DNA of 64,000 bases, from positions 53,677 to 117,676 of the forward strand of contig JBMOGG010000001.1 in NCBI GenBank assembly GCA_049318505.1, given 5' to 3'. The notes below the pieces were generated by a model. The model had not been told where the DNA came from. It saw only the letters and a list, made by a program, of their open reading frames with translations, and searched no databases. Of the stretch, positions 43,400-54,068 are shown piece after piece. This DNA comes from Sphingomonas sp. GTDB lineage: Bacteria; Pseudomonadota; Alphaproteobacteria; Sphingomonadales; Sphingomonadaceae. Both the position numbers and the translations under genes were made by a program. The number at the start of each line of letters is the position of its first letter. Positions within the stretch are counted from its first letter, which is position 1.

Positions 43400-44743
43400 A
43401 TGACCCATCACTTTTCACCTCGCTGCGCACATTCCGCGTTGCAAGCGACTCGATTCACCCGCACGGCGCGAGCCCGTAGGGTGACTTTCGTGACCTTCGC
43501 GCTCCTCGCAATGGCGGCGCCCGCTGCGGCCCAGACCGCGCTGACGCCCGTAGATTCGCCGGTCAAAGCGCGCATCGACCGCATCTTGAAGGCGACGCCG
43601 CTGATCGACGGGCACAATGACCTGCCCTGGGAACTGCGCGAGAAATATGCATCGAAGGTCGAGACGACTGATGTCGCCGCGAATAGCGACAAGCTGCCCC
43701 AGCCATTGCAGACCGACATGGCGCGGCTGCACGCGGGCCGCGTCGGTGGACAGTTCTGGTCGGTCTATGTGCCCGCGGAAATGACCGGCGGCGTGGCGGT
43801 GCAGGCAACGCTCGAGCAAATCGACATCGTAAAGCGGCTGGCCGCCCGTTACCCGGCGGATCTCCAAATCGCGACCACGGCAGACGATGTCGTGCGCATC
43901 CATAAGATGGGCCGTGTCGCCAGCCTGATGGGCATTGAGGGCGGGCACCAGATCGGCAACTCGCTCGGCGTTCTGCGCCAGATGTTTGCGCTTGGGGTCC
44001 GCTATATGACTCTGACGCACTTCCTCAATAACGACTGGGCCGACTCGGCGACCGACGACCCGAAGCACAATGGCCTGACACCGTTCGGCCGCAGCGTGGT
44101 CGGCGAAATGAACCGGCTGGGGGTGATCCTCGATCTCAGCCATGTGAGCCCCAAGACGATGGCCGATGCGCTCGACACAACCAAGGCGCCGGTCATATTC
44201 TCGCATTCAGGTGCACGCGCCCTCAATGACCATCCGAGGAACGTGCCCGATAACATGCTCAGGCGCCTGCCTGCTAACGGCGGCGTCGTGATGGTCAACT
44301 TCTATCCAGGCCATTTGTCACAGGCCGTCACGGCATGGAACGCCCAGCGCGCGGGAACGGAAGCAGGCGCCAAAATCCTGTTCAACGGCCAGCCGGAACG
44401 GCTCAAGGCGGCGATGGCGGCATGGGACAAGGACCATCCGAAGCCGGTCACCGTGATCGGGGTGGTCGCCGACCACATCGATCAAGTGGCCAATATCGCC
44501 GGCCATGATCATGTCGGACTGGGCGGCGATCTCGACGGTATCGGTGGCGATTCGGTCGTTGGCCTAGGCGGCGTCGACGGCTATCCGCGCCTATTCGCCG
44601 AACTCATCGGGCGTGGCTGGAGCGATACCGACCTCGCCAAGCTCGCGGGCGGCAACATCCTGCGGGTCATGCGCGGCGTGGAAGCCACCGCCGTTGCGAT
44701 GAAGGGCAACGCGCCCATCATCGCAACGGTTGATCGCAACTAA
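43400..44743 (+). CDS. membrane/renal-type dipeptidase (M19 family)
   Basis: LIDGHNDLPW motif and a signal-like ALLAMAAPAAAQ. The start is uncertain (TTG 43382 / ATG 43400 / downstream GTG). Confidence 0.88.
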   Translation: MTHHFSPRCAHSALQATRFTRTARARRVTFVTFALLAMAAPAAAQTALTPVDSPVKARIDRILKATPLIDGHNDLPWELREKYASKVETTDVAANSDKLPQPLQTDMARLHAGRVGGQFWSVYVPAEMTGGVAVQATLEQIDIVKRLAARYPADLQIATTADDVVRIHKMGRVASLMGIEGGHQIGNSLGVLRQMFALGVRYMTLTHFLNNDWADSATDDPKHNGLTPFGRSVVGEMNRLGVILDLSHVSPKTMADALDTTKAPVIFSHSGARALNDHPRNVPDNMLRRLPANGGVVMVNFYPGHLSQAVTAWNAQRAGTEAGAKILFNGQPERLKAAMAAWDKDHPKPVTVIGVVADHIDQVANIAGHDHVGLGGDLDGIGGDSVVGLGGVDGYPRLFAELIGRGWSDTDLAKLAGGNILRVMRGVEATAVAMKGNAPIIATVDRN

Positions 44744-44802
44744 TCAGTCGGCAAATGTTCAGATCGTCTGCACGCTTTAGTAATTGGTTCCACAACTGGG
44801 CG

Positions 44803-45828
44803 CTATTCTGAGCGGCTCTGGACCGCGATCGCGGGATAGTCGCTGAACACGCCATCGACACCGAGCGCGTAAAACTGCTTCAGCTCAGCGGCGAGATCCC
44901 CGTGCACCTTGGCACCGCCGTCTTTACAGAGCTCAAGCGGCAAGAAGGCGTTTTCGGCGCGAAAAGTCCAGACATGGACCTTCAGCCCGGCCTTGTGCGC
45001 GTCGGCAACAAGCGTCGTCGGCGCCGCCGACCGGCCCATGCCGTCGCGTGGAACGATCAGGCTCTTGGTCACGCCCACGGCATCGGCATAGCGCGCCACA
45101 TCGGCAAGACCAGCGGGCGTCACCATGGTCGTCGATGACAGGGCGGGACGGTCTGCGGGATGGCCGCTCCCATCGATCAGCTGTACGAGACGAAGCTTGG
45201 TGACCTTGCGCAAGCGCTGCAAATTGCCAACCTCGAACGACTGGATGAACACAGGGTCGGTCTTCTTGGTATAGCCCGCCTTCTTGAGCGCCGCGAGCAG
45301 CGGCGCTTCCATGTTCATGCCCAGCCCGTCGAAGTAAGTGCCGTGCTTGATTTCGGGATATACCCCGACGCGGCCGTGTGTCGTTGCCGCAAGCGCCAAG
45401 ATTTCGGTAAAGGTCGGAATCTGGAACTGGCCATCATAAGGCCGGTTCTGCGGGCGCAATTCGCCAAGCCGTTCGCGGGCGCGCAGCGTTTTCAGTTCGG
45501 CCAGCGTGAAGTCCTCGGTGAACCAGCCGGTCACCTTGTGCCCATCGATTGTCTTGGTCGCCTTGCGCGCGGCGAATTCGGGATGGGCGGCGACATCGGT
45601 TGTACCCGAAATCTCGTTCTCGTGCCGCGCAACCAGGACGCGGTCCTTGGTCATGACCAGGTCGGGCTCGATGAAATCGGCACCCACTTCGATCGCGCGC
45701 TGATAAGAGGCGAGCGTATGTTCGGGCCGCTCGCCGCTAGCGCCGCGGTGGGCAATGACCAGCGGTTGGATCTGTGACGTCGATGGGGAAAGGGCGGCAG
45801 CGGCAATCATGGCGATCCAATGGAGCAT
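44803..45828 (-). CDS. glpQ: glycerophosphodiester phosphodiesterase
   Basis: VIAHRGASGERPEHT motif and a signal peptide. Confidence 0.88.
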   Translation of the reverse strand: MLHWIAMIAAAALSPSTSQIQPLVIAHRGASGERPEHTLASYQRAIEVGADFIEPDLVMTKDRVLVARHENEISGTTDVAAHPEFAARKATKTIDGHKVTGWFTEDFTLAELKTLRARERLGELRPQNRPYDGQFQIPTFTEILALAATTHGRVGVYPEIKHGTYFDGLGMNMEAPLLAALKKAGYTKKTDPVFIQSFEVGNLQRLRKVTKLRLVQLIDGSGHPADRPALSSTTMVTPAGLADVARYADAVGVTKSLIVPRDGMGRSAAPTTLVADAHKAGLKVHVWTFRAENAFLPLELCKDGGAKVHGDLAAELKQFYALGVDGVFSDYPAIAVQSRSE

Positions 45829-45893
45829 GGACGTCTCCTCTTGTCACCCCCTGACACACGCGTCATGTCGCGCGTATGACAGTCACGCCCCCG

Positions 45894-46541
45894 ATGCGCG
45901 CCGCCATCATCCCGGTTACGCCGCTCCAACAGAATTGCACGCTCTTGTGGTGCACGGCGACGATGCGCGGGGCATTCGTCGATCCGGGCGGCGACCTGCC
46001 CCGGCTGAAGGCTGCAGCGGCGCAGGCGGGCGTCACGATCGAAAAGATCCTGATCACCCACGGCCACATCGACCATTGCGGTGAAGCGGGGACGCTGGCG
46101 CAGGAACTCGGCGTCAGGATCGAGGGGCCGCACGAAGCCGACCGGTTCTGGATCAGCCGCCTTGACGACGAGGGGCACAAATACGGAATTCACGGTCGGC
46201 TTTTCGAACCCGACCGCTGGCTCGACAATGGCGATATGGTGACGGTTGGCGACCTGACACTCGATGTCTATCACTGCCCCGGTCATACACCGGGCCACGT
46301 CATCTTTCATCACGCGCCATCGGGCGTGGCCATGGTTGGTGATGTCCTGTTTCAGGGATCAATCGGCCGTACCGATTTCCCGATGGGCAATCACCAGGAT
46401 TTGCTCGATGCCATCGTCACCCGGTTGTGGCCGCTTGGGGACGCGACGAACTTCGTGCCCGGACACGGCCCCATGTCGACCTTTGGTTACGAGCGCGCGA
46501 CCAACCCTTATGTCGCCGACCGGGTGCTGGCGCGCGCCTAG
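45894..46541 (+). CDS. MBL fold metallo-hydrolase (glyoxalase II-like)
   Basis: THGHIDH motif. Homolog-like N-terminus MRAAIIPVTPLQQNC; an alternative ATG lies at 45876. Confidence 0.85.
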   Translation: MRAAIIPVTPLQQNCTLLWCTATMRGAFVDPGGDLPRLKAAAAQAGVTIEKILITHGHIDHCGEAGTLAQELGVRIEGPHEADRFWISRLDDEGHKYGIHGRLFEPDRWLDNGDMVTVGDLTLDVYHCPGHTPGHVIFHHAPSGVAMVGDVLFQGSIGRTDFPMGNHQDLLDAIVTRLWPLGDATNFVPGHGPMSTFGYERATNPYVADRVLARA

Positions 46542-46628
46542 CAGGAATGCTCGAAAAGGAAATATTGTCCGACAAGGGTAGGGCCGCCGACCACAGCCTG
46601 CAGCGCCTTATCCGCGACCCTCAGCCCT

Positions 46629-47054
46629 CTAACCCAGCCGCACTTGATGCATCTGTGCCGGCTGCGGCGTCAGATAGGGGATCGCGATTGCAAGCCCGGC
46701 AAGGCCCAGTGTCACCAGCATCGTGACCAAAATGCCGATGGCGCGCCCCGGCTTGAGCGTGCCGGTCATGCCCAATCCGTGCAGCACGCGCGCCAGCAGA
46801 TAGGCACCAGACACGAGCCACAGCCACATCGGGCTGCCCATTGCGAGCTCGACAAGGCCGAGCAGGATCAGCACGAACGGCGTGAATTCGACATGGTTCG
46901 ACTGCGCCCGCATGGCCGCGATCAACATGTCGTTGCCGCCATCGCCCATGTTGATCTTGTATTTGGTGCGAACCTGGCCGCAGCGGATGGCGAGCCACAG
47001 ATTGATCAGCGCTGCGCCGCCCGCCGCAGTCAGTGTAATCGGCAGAATGATCAT
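46629..47054 (-). CDS. MAPEG family membrane protein
   Basis: Four-TM small protein with a MAPEG-like loop (R..HVEFTP). The ATG at 47054 was chosen. Confidence 0.7.
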   Translation of the reverse strand: MIILPITLTAAGGAALINLWLAIRCGQVRTKYKINMGDGGNDMLIAAMRAQSNHVEFTPFVLILLGLVELAMGSPMWLWLVSGAYLLARVLHGLGMTGTLKPGRAIGILVTMLVTLGLAGLAIAIPYLTPQPAQMHQVRLG

Positions 47055-47228
47055 GTTTTGAGTCCCCAAATTGAACTGCCGCATCTGGCACGCGCTGCCT
47101 GCGCTTGCAACGCGGCGGTAAATCGGTATAGGCGCTCGCCTTCGCTCGCGGGCCGCTTTGTCCCAGGCGTATCGGGTTGTCGTGCCCGTTTCGCCAAGAG
47201 CCCGCCTTAAGAATTTCAGGATTTAGAC

Positions 47229-47408
47229 ATGGCCGTTCCAAAGAGAAAAACCACGCCGTCGAAGCGCAACATGCGCCGCAGCCACGACAGCCTGACGCCG
47301 GCGTCCTATCAGGAATGCCCGAACTGTGGCGAACTGAAGCGCCCGCACAACCTATGCGGCGTATGTGGCCACTATAACGGGCGCGAGATCGTTTCGGTCG
47401 ACGCGTAA
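47229..47408 (+). CDS. rpmF: 50S ribosomal protein L32
   Basis: [22 protein letters not shown]... with a CxxC...CxxC zinc ribbon. At 59 aa it is below the ORF-track cutoff. Confidence 0.95.
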   Translation: MAVPKRKTTPSKRNMRRSHDSLTPASYQECPNCGELKRPHNLCGVCGHYNGREIVSVDA

Positions 47409-47429
47409 GCCGAAAGGACGGAATCGACG

Positions 47430-48497
47430 GTGTCCTCAGCCCGGCGAATCGCCATCGATGCGATGGGCGGTGATGTCGGACCCGGCGTCATGGTCGCCGG
47501 CGCCGCACTGGCAAAGGCCCAGTGGCCTACGCTCGAATTCACCCTTGTCGGTGACGAGGCCGCGATTCGCGCCGAACTTGCCGCCTTTCCTGCCCTCGCT
47601 GGATCGGAAATCGTCCACGCCGCCGATGTGATCGGCGGCGACGAGAAGCCCGCGCAGGCGATCCGCCGTGCCAAGACGTCGTCGATGGGCCTCGCCGTTG
47701 ATGCCGTGAAGACCGGCACAGCATCTGCCGCCGTGTCTGCCGGCAACACCGGCGCACTGATGGCGATCGCCAAGATCGCGCTGCGCACGATGCCCGGGAT
47801 CGACCGGCCGGCACTGGCCGCGCTTCTTCCCAGCCTTGGTGAGACTGACCATGTCATGCTCGACCTCGGCGCCAATACCGAGTGCGACACACGTAATCTC
47901 GTCGAGTTCGCGGTGATGGGCGCGGCCTATGCGCGCTGCGCGCTCGGGCTCGACAATCCTAGGGTCAATTTGCTCAACATCGGGACCGAGGAACTGAAAG
48001 GGACCGAGGAGATCCGCGAGGCGGCGGGGCTGTTGCGTGAGGCGACCGACCTGCGGATGCGATTCGGTGGCTTTATCGAAGGCGACAAGATTTCGCGTGG
48101 CGATACCGATGTGGTTGTCTGTGACGGCTTTTCTGGAAACATCGCGCTCAAGACGATGGAGGGTACGGCGCGCTTCGTCACCGACCTGTTGCGCATTGCC
48201 TTCACCAGTTCGATCCGTTCGAAGTTCGGCTTTCTGGTGTCGAAGCCCGCAACCGAATTGCTGCGGCACCGGCTTGATCCGAACAATCATAATGGCGCGG
48301 TTTTCCTTGGCCTCAACGGCATCGTCGTCAAGAGCCATGGCAGCGCCAATGTGAAGGGCGTTGCCAATGCCATCGGCGTGGCCGCCAAGCTGGTCGCCAA
48401 CGACATCACGCGCCGCATCACCGAGGATCTCGGCAATTTCGCTGGCCATCGGGCGCTGACCTCAACGCTTTCGGTTGCGTCGGTGCCCCCAAAATGA
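47430..48497 (+). CDS. plsX: phosphate acyltransferase PlsX
   Basis: [11 protein letters not shown]-terminus; GTG start; ATGA overlap with fabH. Confidence 0.93.
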   Translation: MSSARRIAIDAMGGDVGPGVMVAGAALAKAQWPTLEFTLVGDEAAIRAELAAFPALAGSEIVHAADVIGGDEKPAQAIRRAKTSSMGLAVDAVKTGTASAAVSAGNTGALMAIAKIALRTMPGIDRPALAALLPSLGETDHVMLDLGANTECDTRNLVEFAVMGAAYARCALGLDNPRVNLLNIGTEELKGTEEIREAAGLLREATDLRMRFGGFIEGDKISRGDTDVVVCDGFSGNIALKTMEGTARFVTDLLRIAFTSSIRSKFGFLVSKPATELLRHRLDPNNHNGAVFLGLNGIVVKSHGSANVKGVANAIGVAAKLVANDITRRITEDLGNFAGHRALTSTLSVASVPPK

Positions 48498-49450
48498 GGC
48501 GTGCCGCCGTCTTTGGCACTGGCTCTGCGCTGCCAGTGCGCCGTGTTTCGAACGCCGAACTCGCCGAGACCGTCGACACGTCCGACGAATGGATCGTCGA
48601 GCGCAGTGGTATTCGCTTTCGCCACATTGCAGGGGAAGGCGAGACGACGTCGTCGCTCGCCACCGATGCGGCACGGCGGGCGCTGGCGGCGGCAGGCATG
48701 TCTGCCACGCAGATCGACCTCATCGTGCTGGCAACGGCGACGCCGGACCAGACTTTTCCCGCCAGCGCCACGCTCGTGCAGGCAGCGCTCGGCATCGACG
48801 ATTGCGTCGCCTTTGACGTGGGGGCCGTCTGCTCGGGCTTTCTCTACGCCATGTCGGTTGCCGAAAGCATGATTCGCGCCGGTTCGGCGACAAACGCGCT
48901 GGTCATCGGCGCGGAAACGTTCAGCCGCATCCTCGACTGGGAAGACCGCGCAACCTGCGTCCTGTTCGGCGATGGTGCCGGGGCAGTGGTGCTAGGCGCC
49001 TGCGAGGACGGGCGCGGCGTCCTGTCGGCCAGGCTCCATGCCGACGGCCGGCACAATCAGCTCCTCTATGTCGATGGCGGCCCCTCGACGACCGGTACGG
49101 TCGGCAAGGTGCGCATGAAGGGCCGTGAAGTCTTTCGCCATGCAATCACCAATCTGGCGAGCGTCATGGGCGAAGTGCTTGAGCAAGCAGGCATGACAGT
49201 CGCCGATGTCGACTGGGTCGTCCCGCACCAGGCCAATGCCCGCATCCTCGATGCCACCGCAAAGAAGCTGGGCCTAGCGCCCGAAAAGGTTGTGGTGACC
49301 GTGGCCGACCATGCCAACACGTCCGCGGCGTCCGTGCCGCTTGCGCTTGACGTGGCGGTTCGCGACGGTCGCATTCAGCCGGGCGACATCGTTGTCCTCG
49401 AGGCTATGGGTGGCGGGTTCACCTGGGGCGCCGCTATTTTGCGCTGGTAA
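48494..49450 (+). CDS. fabH: beta-ketoacyl-ACP synthase III
   Basis: Active-site region AVCSGF, then HQAN and GGGFTWG motifs. Confidence 0.95.
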   Translation: MRRAAVFGTGSALPVRRVSNAELAETVDTSDEWIVERSGIRFRHIAGEGETTSSLATDAARRALAAAGMSATQIDLIVLATATPDQTFPASATLVQAALGIDDCVAFDVGAVCSGFLYAMSVAESMIRAGSATNALVIGAETFSRILDWEDRATCVLFGDGAGAVVLGACEDGRGVLSARLHADGRHNQLLYVDGGPSTTGTVGKVRMKGREVFRHAITNLASVMGEVLEQAGMTVADVDWVVPHQANARILDATAKKLGLAPEKVVVTVADHANTSAASVPLALDVAVRDGRIQPGDIVVLEAMGGGFTWGAAILRW

Positions 49451-49525
49451 TTTGACCGGGCGTTGTCGCCGTCTACAAAAGATGCTTTACGTCGTGTCCT
49501 AACCGCCAGCACTCCGGGGGGAAGA

Positions 49526-49825
49526 ATGGCAAAAATCGGTAACCTAACGCGTGCAGACCTTGCTGAATCCATTCATCGAAAGATCGGACTTTCGCGCGCC
49601 GATTCTTCGGGATTAGTAGAAGCCATTTTGCGCCATATGTGCGAGTCTCTTTCGAACGGTGAGAATTTGAAGATTGCCGGGTTCGGGACATTTATCCTGC
49701 GCGACAAAACGCAGCGCATCGGCCGCAACCCGAAGACCGGGGTTGAGGTGCCGATCGCGCCGCGCCGCGTGCTGACGTTCCGCGCAAGCCAGATCATGCG
49801 CGACCGCATCGTCGAGGCAGGATAG
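49526..49825 (+). CDS. ihfA: integration host factor subunit alpha
   Basis: IHF/HU fold with GFGTF and GRNPKTG motifs. The ATG at 49526 follows GGGGGGAAG. Confidence 0.93.
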   Translation: MAKIGNLTRADLAESIHRKIGLSRADSSGLVEAILRHMCESLSNGENLKIAGFGTFILRDKTQRIGRNPKTGVEVPIAPRRVLTFRASQIMRDRIVEAG

Positions 49826-49831
49826 ACCAGA

Positions 49832-50191
49832 GTGGCTGAGAGCGGCACCGGCAAGAGCGACAGTGCTTTTCTTACCATTGGCGAGCTCGCGACCGAGCTT
49901 GGCGTGCCGCAACATATCCTCCGCTACTGGGAAACCCGCTTTCCCCAGTTGCGACCAATAACTCGGGCCGGCAATCGCCGCTATTACCGGCCCGAGGACG
50001 TGGCGCTTGTGCGTCGCATCGATGCCGCATTCAATCGCGATGGCTATACGATCAAGGGCGTCCAGAAACTGCTGGCCGGCAAGGAGGCGCTCGCGCCTGC
50101 AGCACGGCCACTGGCTGAGCCCAAACCCATGTCGTTGTTGGCCGATCTGAGGCGCATCCGCCAGACGCTTTCCGACGCGATCAAGGCCTAA
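49832..50191 (+). CDS. MerR family transcriptional regulator (ihfA-linked)
   Basis: [24 protein letters not shown]. Confidence 0.85.
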   Translation: MAESGTGKSDSAFLTIGELATELGVPQHILRYWETRFPQLRPITRAGNRRYYRPEDVALVRRIDAAFNRDGYTIKGVQKLLAGKEALAPAARPLAEPKPMSLLADLRRIRQTLSDAIKA

Positions 50192-50697
50192 AGCGTCTTG
50201 GCGAGGATGAAGTCATCGCTCGCGGCGAATCCTTCGAAGACCCAGCGCCCGATCGTCTCGAACCCACGCGCCGCGTAGAATTTCTGCGCGGGTCGATTTT
50301 CGACATAGACGCTGAGGGTCAGGCGTTTGGCGCCTCTTGCCCGTGCCTCGTCCTCCACGGCCTGGAACAGCTTCGATCCCCAGCCCCCGCCATGCCATTT
50401 CGACAGCATGTAGAGGCGCTTGAGCTCGAAATCGGTGGCGCTATCGGTGCCGGGGAGCGCTGCTGGAATGGCCATGGCATAGCCCACAGGGCAGCCAACT
50501 GCTTCCTCGACCAGCCAGGCCGCCTTGTCGGGATCGGCGAGTTCGCGGGCATACCAGCCGGGCGCATGGTCTGCCATCAGGTAGCGGACGACTTCATTGC
50601 CATCATGGTCGTTGGCAAAGCTTTCGATGAAGGTCGCGCAGCCGATCAGGCTGAGCTTGGCGGCATCGGCGACGCTGCCTCGACGCAACTGCATCAA
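50188..50697 (-). CDS. GNAT family N-acetyltransferase
   Basis: GNAT motifs ([16 protein letters not shown]). ATGA overlap with the upstream gene. Confidence 0.8.
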   Translation of the reverse strand: MMQLRRGSVADAAKLSLIGCATFIESFANDHDGNEVVRYLMADHAPGWYARELADPDKAAWLVEEAVGCPVGYAMAIPAALPGTDSATDFELKRLYMLSKWHGGGWGSKLFQAVEDEARARGAKRLTLSVYVENRPAQKFYAARGFETIGRWVFEGFAASDDFILAKTL

Positions 50698-51233
50698 TCG
50701 TCGGGTCCGAGCGCTGCATCGAGGTCGCGAGGCCGGATGAATCGCGTCAGATGGCCCTTGCCGCTGGCGACGTCGGTCCAGCGCTCGACATCGAAGATCA
50801 ACTCCGCAATGCTCGCCGTCGGGAATTTCTCTTCTACATCGTCACGTAGCGCTTCTTCGCCGGTGTCGGGCACGAGCATCAGGATCAGGTCCTCGAGCCC
50901 GGGATTATGCCCGCATATCAGCAACCGTTCCACGCCATCGGGCTGGTCATGGACGACGTCGAGCAAGGTCACGCACGAGGCAAGATAAATGCGCCGGTCC
51001 CATTTCGGGTGGAGCGTCCGGCCATAGCCTTCCCACACTCCATCGAGCGTATCGACACAGCGCACTGCCGGTGACGAGACCACCGCGTCGAATTCCAGCC
51101 CGATACGTTTCATATGCGCGCCGACGACCGCTGCGCCGCGCTTGCCGCGCGCGTTGAGCGCCCGGTCGAAATCCCGGGCCACCGGGTCGTCCCAGCCCGA
51201 TTTGGCATGGCGGAGCAAAGTCAGGGTCTTCAT
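50694..51233 (-). CDS. histidine phosphatase family protein (SixA-like)
   Basis: LLRHAKS and GHNPG motifs. Its start overlaps the helicase stop (TAATG). Confidence 0.8.
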   Translation of the reverse strand: MKTLTLLRHAKSGWDDPVARDFDRALNARGKRGAAVVGAHMKRIGLEFDAVVSSPAVRCVDTLDGVWEGYGRTLHPKWDRRIYLASCVTLLDVVHDQPDGVERLLICGHNPGLEDLILMLVPDTGEEALRDDVEEKFPTASIAELIFDVERWTDVASGKGHLTRFIRPRDLDAALGPDD

Positions 51234-53977
51234 TATTGTTCCTGATGCACCAATGGCGTGACGGTTGGAAGACGCGATGCGACTCGCACGACGGCTTCGT
51301 TCAACGTCATGCGGCTGACTGGCGTCCCTTCGGGAAATGCGGTCAGCAGGCGCGACGGCACGGCCGCCGACAGGATGACGAACGCGCCGTGGTCATCTGC
51401 GCGCCGGATAAGCCGCCCGAAGGCCTGCGCCAGCCGCGCCCGCACGATGCGGTCGTCGTGCGCGCTGCCGCCGTTTGCCGCGCGCCGCGCAGCGTGCAGC
51501 ACGGTTGGGCGGGGCCAGGGAATGCCCTCCATCACCACGGTGCGCAGAGAGATACCCGGCACGTCCACGCCGTCGCGCAGCGCGTCGGTGCCGATCAGGC
51601 TGGCGCGCGGGTCGTCGCGAAATATATCCACCAGCGTGCCGGTATCGATCGGGTCGACATGCTGGGCATAGAGCGGCAGCCCGTCGCGGGCGAGCCGGTC
51701 GGCAATGCGGGCGTGGACCGCGCGCAACCGCCGGATCGCGGTAAACAACCCCAACGTCCCGCCCCCCGATGCGGCGATCAGCCGGGCATAGGCATTGGCC
51801 AGCGCCCCCATGTCGCCGCGTGTCACGTCGGTCACGATCAGCACTTCGGACTGTGCCGCATAGTCGAACGGGCTTTTCACGGTGAACACGGCCGGCGGGT
51901 GTGCCAGATGGTTGGTGCCGCTCAGCGCCTCGGCCTGCGCCCAGTCGCCACCGCCGGTCAGCGTCGCTGACGTCATCAGCACGCCATGCGCGGGTTTGAG
52001 CACTGTGTCGGCAAAGGGCCGCGTCGGATCGAGCCAGTGGCGATGCAGCCCGATGTCGAGATCGCGCCCCTCGATTCGGCTCACGGCCAGCCAGTCGACG
52101 AAATCTGGATCGGTCGGGCCACCAACGCGTGCCAGCATCGACAGCCACGCCGCGACCGTATCGCGCCGCCAGCCGAGCGAAGCGATAGCGCCCTCGATCC
52201 GCGCCCGCGCCGCGCTGTCGAGCCAGTCGGGCGGATCGTCCAGCACCGCTTCCAGCCGCCTGCCGAGCGCGACCAGCGGACGCAGCAGGCCATCGAGTGC
52301 GGCCGCCGCTGCTGCGGCCGCCTCGATCGTCGCCCCATCGAGTTCGGCGGCTTCGGTTTCCAGCCCGTATCCGGCGTCCTCGGCCGTGCTACGCGCGTAA
52401 ACCAGCCCGCGCAGGGTCGAGAGTAAGGTCTCGACTGGCCCGAACGGAGACCCTTCCGCAATACGCGCCAGCCACCCGTCGGACGGCAGCGCTTGGGCAG
52501 CGGTCGTGGCGGCGCTAATCGCACTCGCGCCTTCGGCGTCGTAGCTCGCGACATCGGCAAGCCGCGCCGACAATCCGCGCCGGCGGCCGCGCGACGTGCC
52601 CTCTGGACCGATCACCCAGCGGCGCAGCTCGATCGCTTCCTGCCCGGTCAGCGCGGCAGCGAAGGTCGAATCGGCCGCGTCGAAGACATGATGACCCTCG
52701 TCAAACACGATCCGGGTCGGCCGGTTGGCGGCTTCGCGGCCGCGCGCGGCGTTGATCATCACCAACGCGTGGTTGGCGATCACGATGTCGGCATCGGCAC
52801 TTGCGCGCGCACTGCGCTCGATGAAGCAGCGGCGGTAATGCGGGCAGCCGGCATAGATGCACTCGCCGCGCCGGTCGGTAAGGGCCGTGCTGCCGTTGCG
52901 GCGGAACAGCGTCGGCAGCCAACCGGGCAGGTCTCCGCCTACCATGTCCCCGTCGCGGCTATATACCGCCCATCGCGCGACAAGCTGCGCAAGCACGGCC
53001 GCCCGTCCCGAAAACCCGCCTTGCAATGCGTCTTCCAGATTGAGCAGGCACAGGTAATTCTCGCGTCCCTTGCGCACAGTCACCCGCGCGGCGCGTTGGG
53101 CAGGATCGGGATAAAGCCGCATGGTCTCGGCATCGAGCTGGCGCTGCAGCGCCTTGGTGTAGGTCGACACCCATACGGCGCCGCCCGCGCGCTCGGCCCA
53201 GAGCGAAGCAGGCGCGAGATAGCCCAGTGTCTTGCCAATGCCCGTGCCGGCCTCGGCCAGCACCATATTGGGTTCGTCGCGGCGCATCCGTGGCGCAAAG
53301 GCGTCGCTGGCGGCCACGGCATAGGCCTGTTGTCCCTCGCGGACTTCGGCGCCGCGTCCGGTCAGCGCATCGAGACGGGCCAGCGAATCGGCACCGGCGA
53401 CAATTGCGGTACGGGGTGCAGGGCGCGGCGCCTTTTCCTCCCATTCGGGCAGCCGGGCGAACAGCCCGCGCTCGGCCTCGGCGGGCTTGGCAAGACTTCC
53501 CAGCACAATCCCTGCCCAGGGCCAGCGTAGCCGCTGCAGGGTCGCGGCAACGCTCCAGGCGCCGTCACGCTCGGGCCAGCCCGCATCGCCCAGCCGCGCC
53601 ACCAGCACGGCTGCCGCCTCACGCAACAGCGCTGCCGCGCCCGCTTCGTCGGCTGGAGGCGCCAAGCCCGCTGCCTCGGCCAGCCCCTTGACCGTCGGCA
53701 CCACGAAGCGCGCTGGATGGAGGAAGGCGAAGAGCTCGAGCAGGTCGAGCCCCGACAATTCCGGATAGCCCAGCCGCTGCGCCACCAGCGGTGCGTTCAA
53801 CATAATGACCGGAGTTTCCCCCGCGCGCGCAATCGCGTCACCGCGCCCGATCCGCTGCGTGCCGCTGTCATCGGCAATCCAGATGCCGCCATGGCTGGCG
53901 TAAAGGGCGGGATGCAGCAGCGAGGTCACGGCAAAACTATGGGGAGGGCGGAACAGAAAGTAAACGAGGCTTGCCAC
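51233..53977 (-). CDS. DinG/XPD-like Fe-S ATP-dependent DNA helicase
   Basis: Walker A AGTGIGKT, DEGH box (VFDEGHH), and a four-Cys cluster (C..CIYAGCPHYRRC). The start is uncertain (GTG 53977 or GTG 53929). Confidence 0.85.
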   Translation of the reverse strand: MASLVYFLFRPPHSFAVTSLLHPALYASHGGIWIADDSGTQRIGRGDAIARAGETPVIMLNAPLVAQRLGYPELSGLDLLELFAFLHPARFVVPTVKGLAEAAGLAPPADEAGAAALLREAAAVLVARLGDAGWPERDGAWSVAATLQRLRWPWAGIVLGSLAKPAEAERGLFARLPEWEEKAPRPAPRTAIVAGADSLARLDALTGRGAEVREGQQAYAVAASDAFAPRMRRDEPNMVLAEAGTGIGKTLGYLAPASLWAERAGGAVWVSTYTKALQRQLDAETMRLYPDPAQRAARVTVRKGRENYLCLLNLEDALQGGFSGRAAVLAQLVARWAVYSRDGDMVGGDLPGWLPTLFRRNGSTALTDRRGECIYAGCPHYRRCFIERSARASADADIVIANHALVMINAARGREAANRPTRIVFDEGHHVFDAADSTFAAALTGQEAIELRRWVIGPEGTSRGRRRGLSARLADVASYDAEGASAISAATTAAQALPSDGWLARIAEGSPFGPVETLLSTLRGLVYARSTAEDAGYGLETEAAELDGATIEAAAAAAAALDGLLRPLVALGRRLEAVLDDPPDWLDSAARARIEGAIASLGWRRDTVAAWLSMLARVGGPTDPDFVDWLAVSRIEGRDLDIGLHRHWLDPTRPFADTVLKPAHGVLMTSATLTGGGDWAQAEALSGTNHLAHPPAVFTVKSPFDYAAQSEVLIVTDVTRGDMGALANAYARLIAASGGGTLGLFTAIRRLRAVHARIADRLARDGLPLYAQHVDPIDTGTLVDIFRDDPRASLIGTDALRDGVDVPGISLRTVVMEGIPWPRPTVLHAARRAANGGSAHDDRIVRARLAQAFGRLIRRADDHGAFVILSAAVPSRLLTAFPEGTPVSRMTLNEAVVRVASRLPTVTPLVHQEQ

Positions 53978-54068
53978 CCCCTAATGCTTGTCGGCTGCAT
54001 CCATTGTTATGGGCCGAGAGCGCCATGGCTTGCGTGGCATCGAGCCACACGCCAAGGCAGCTGGTGTT

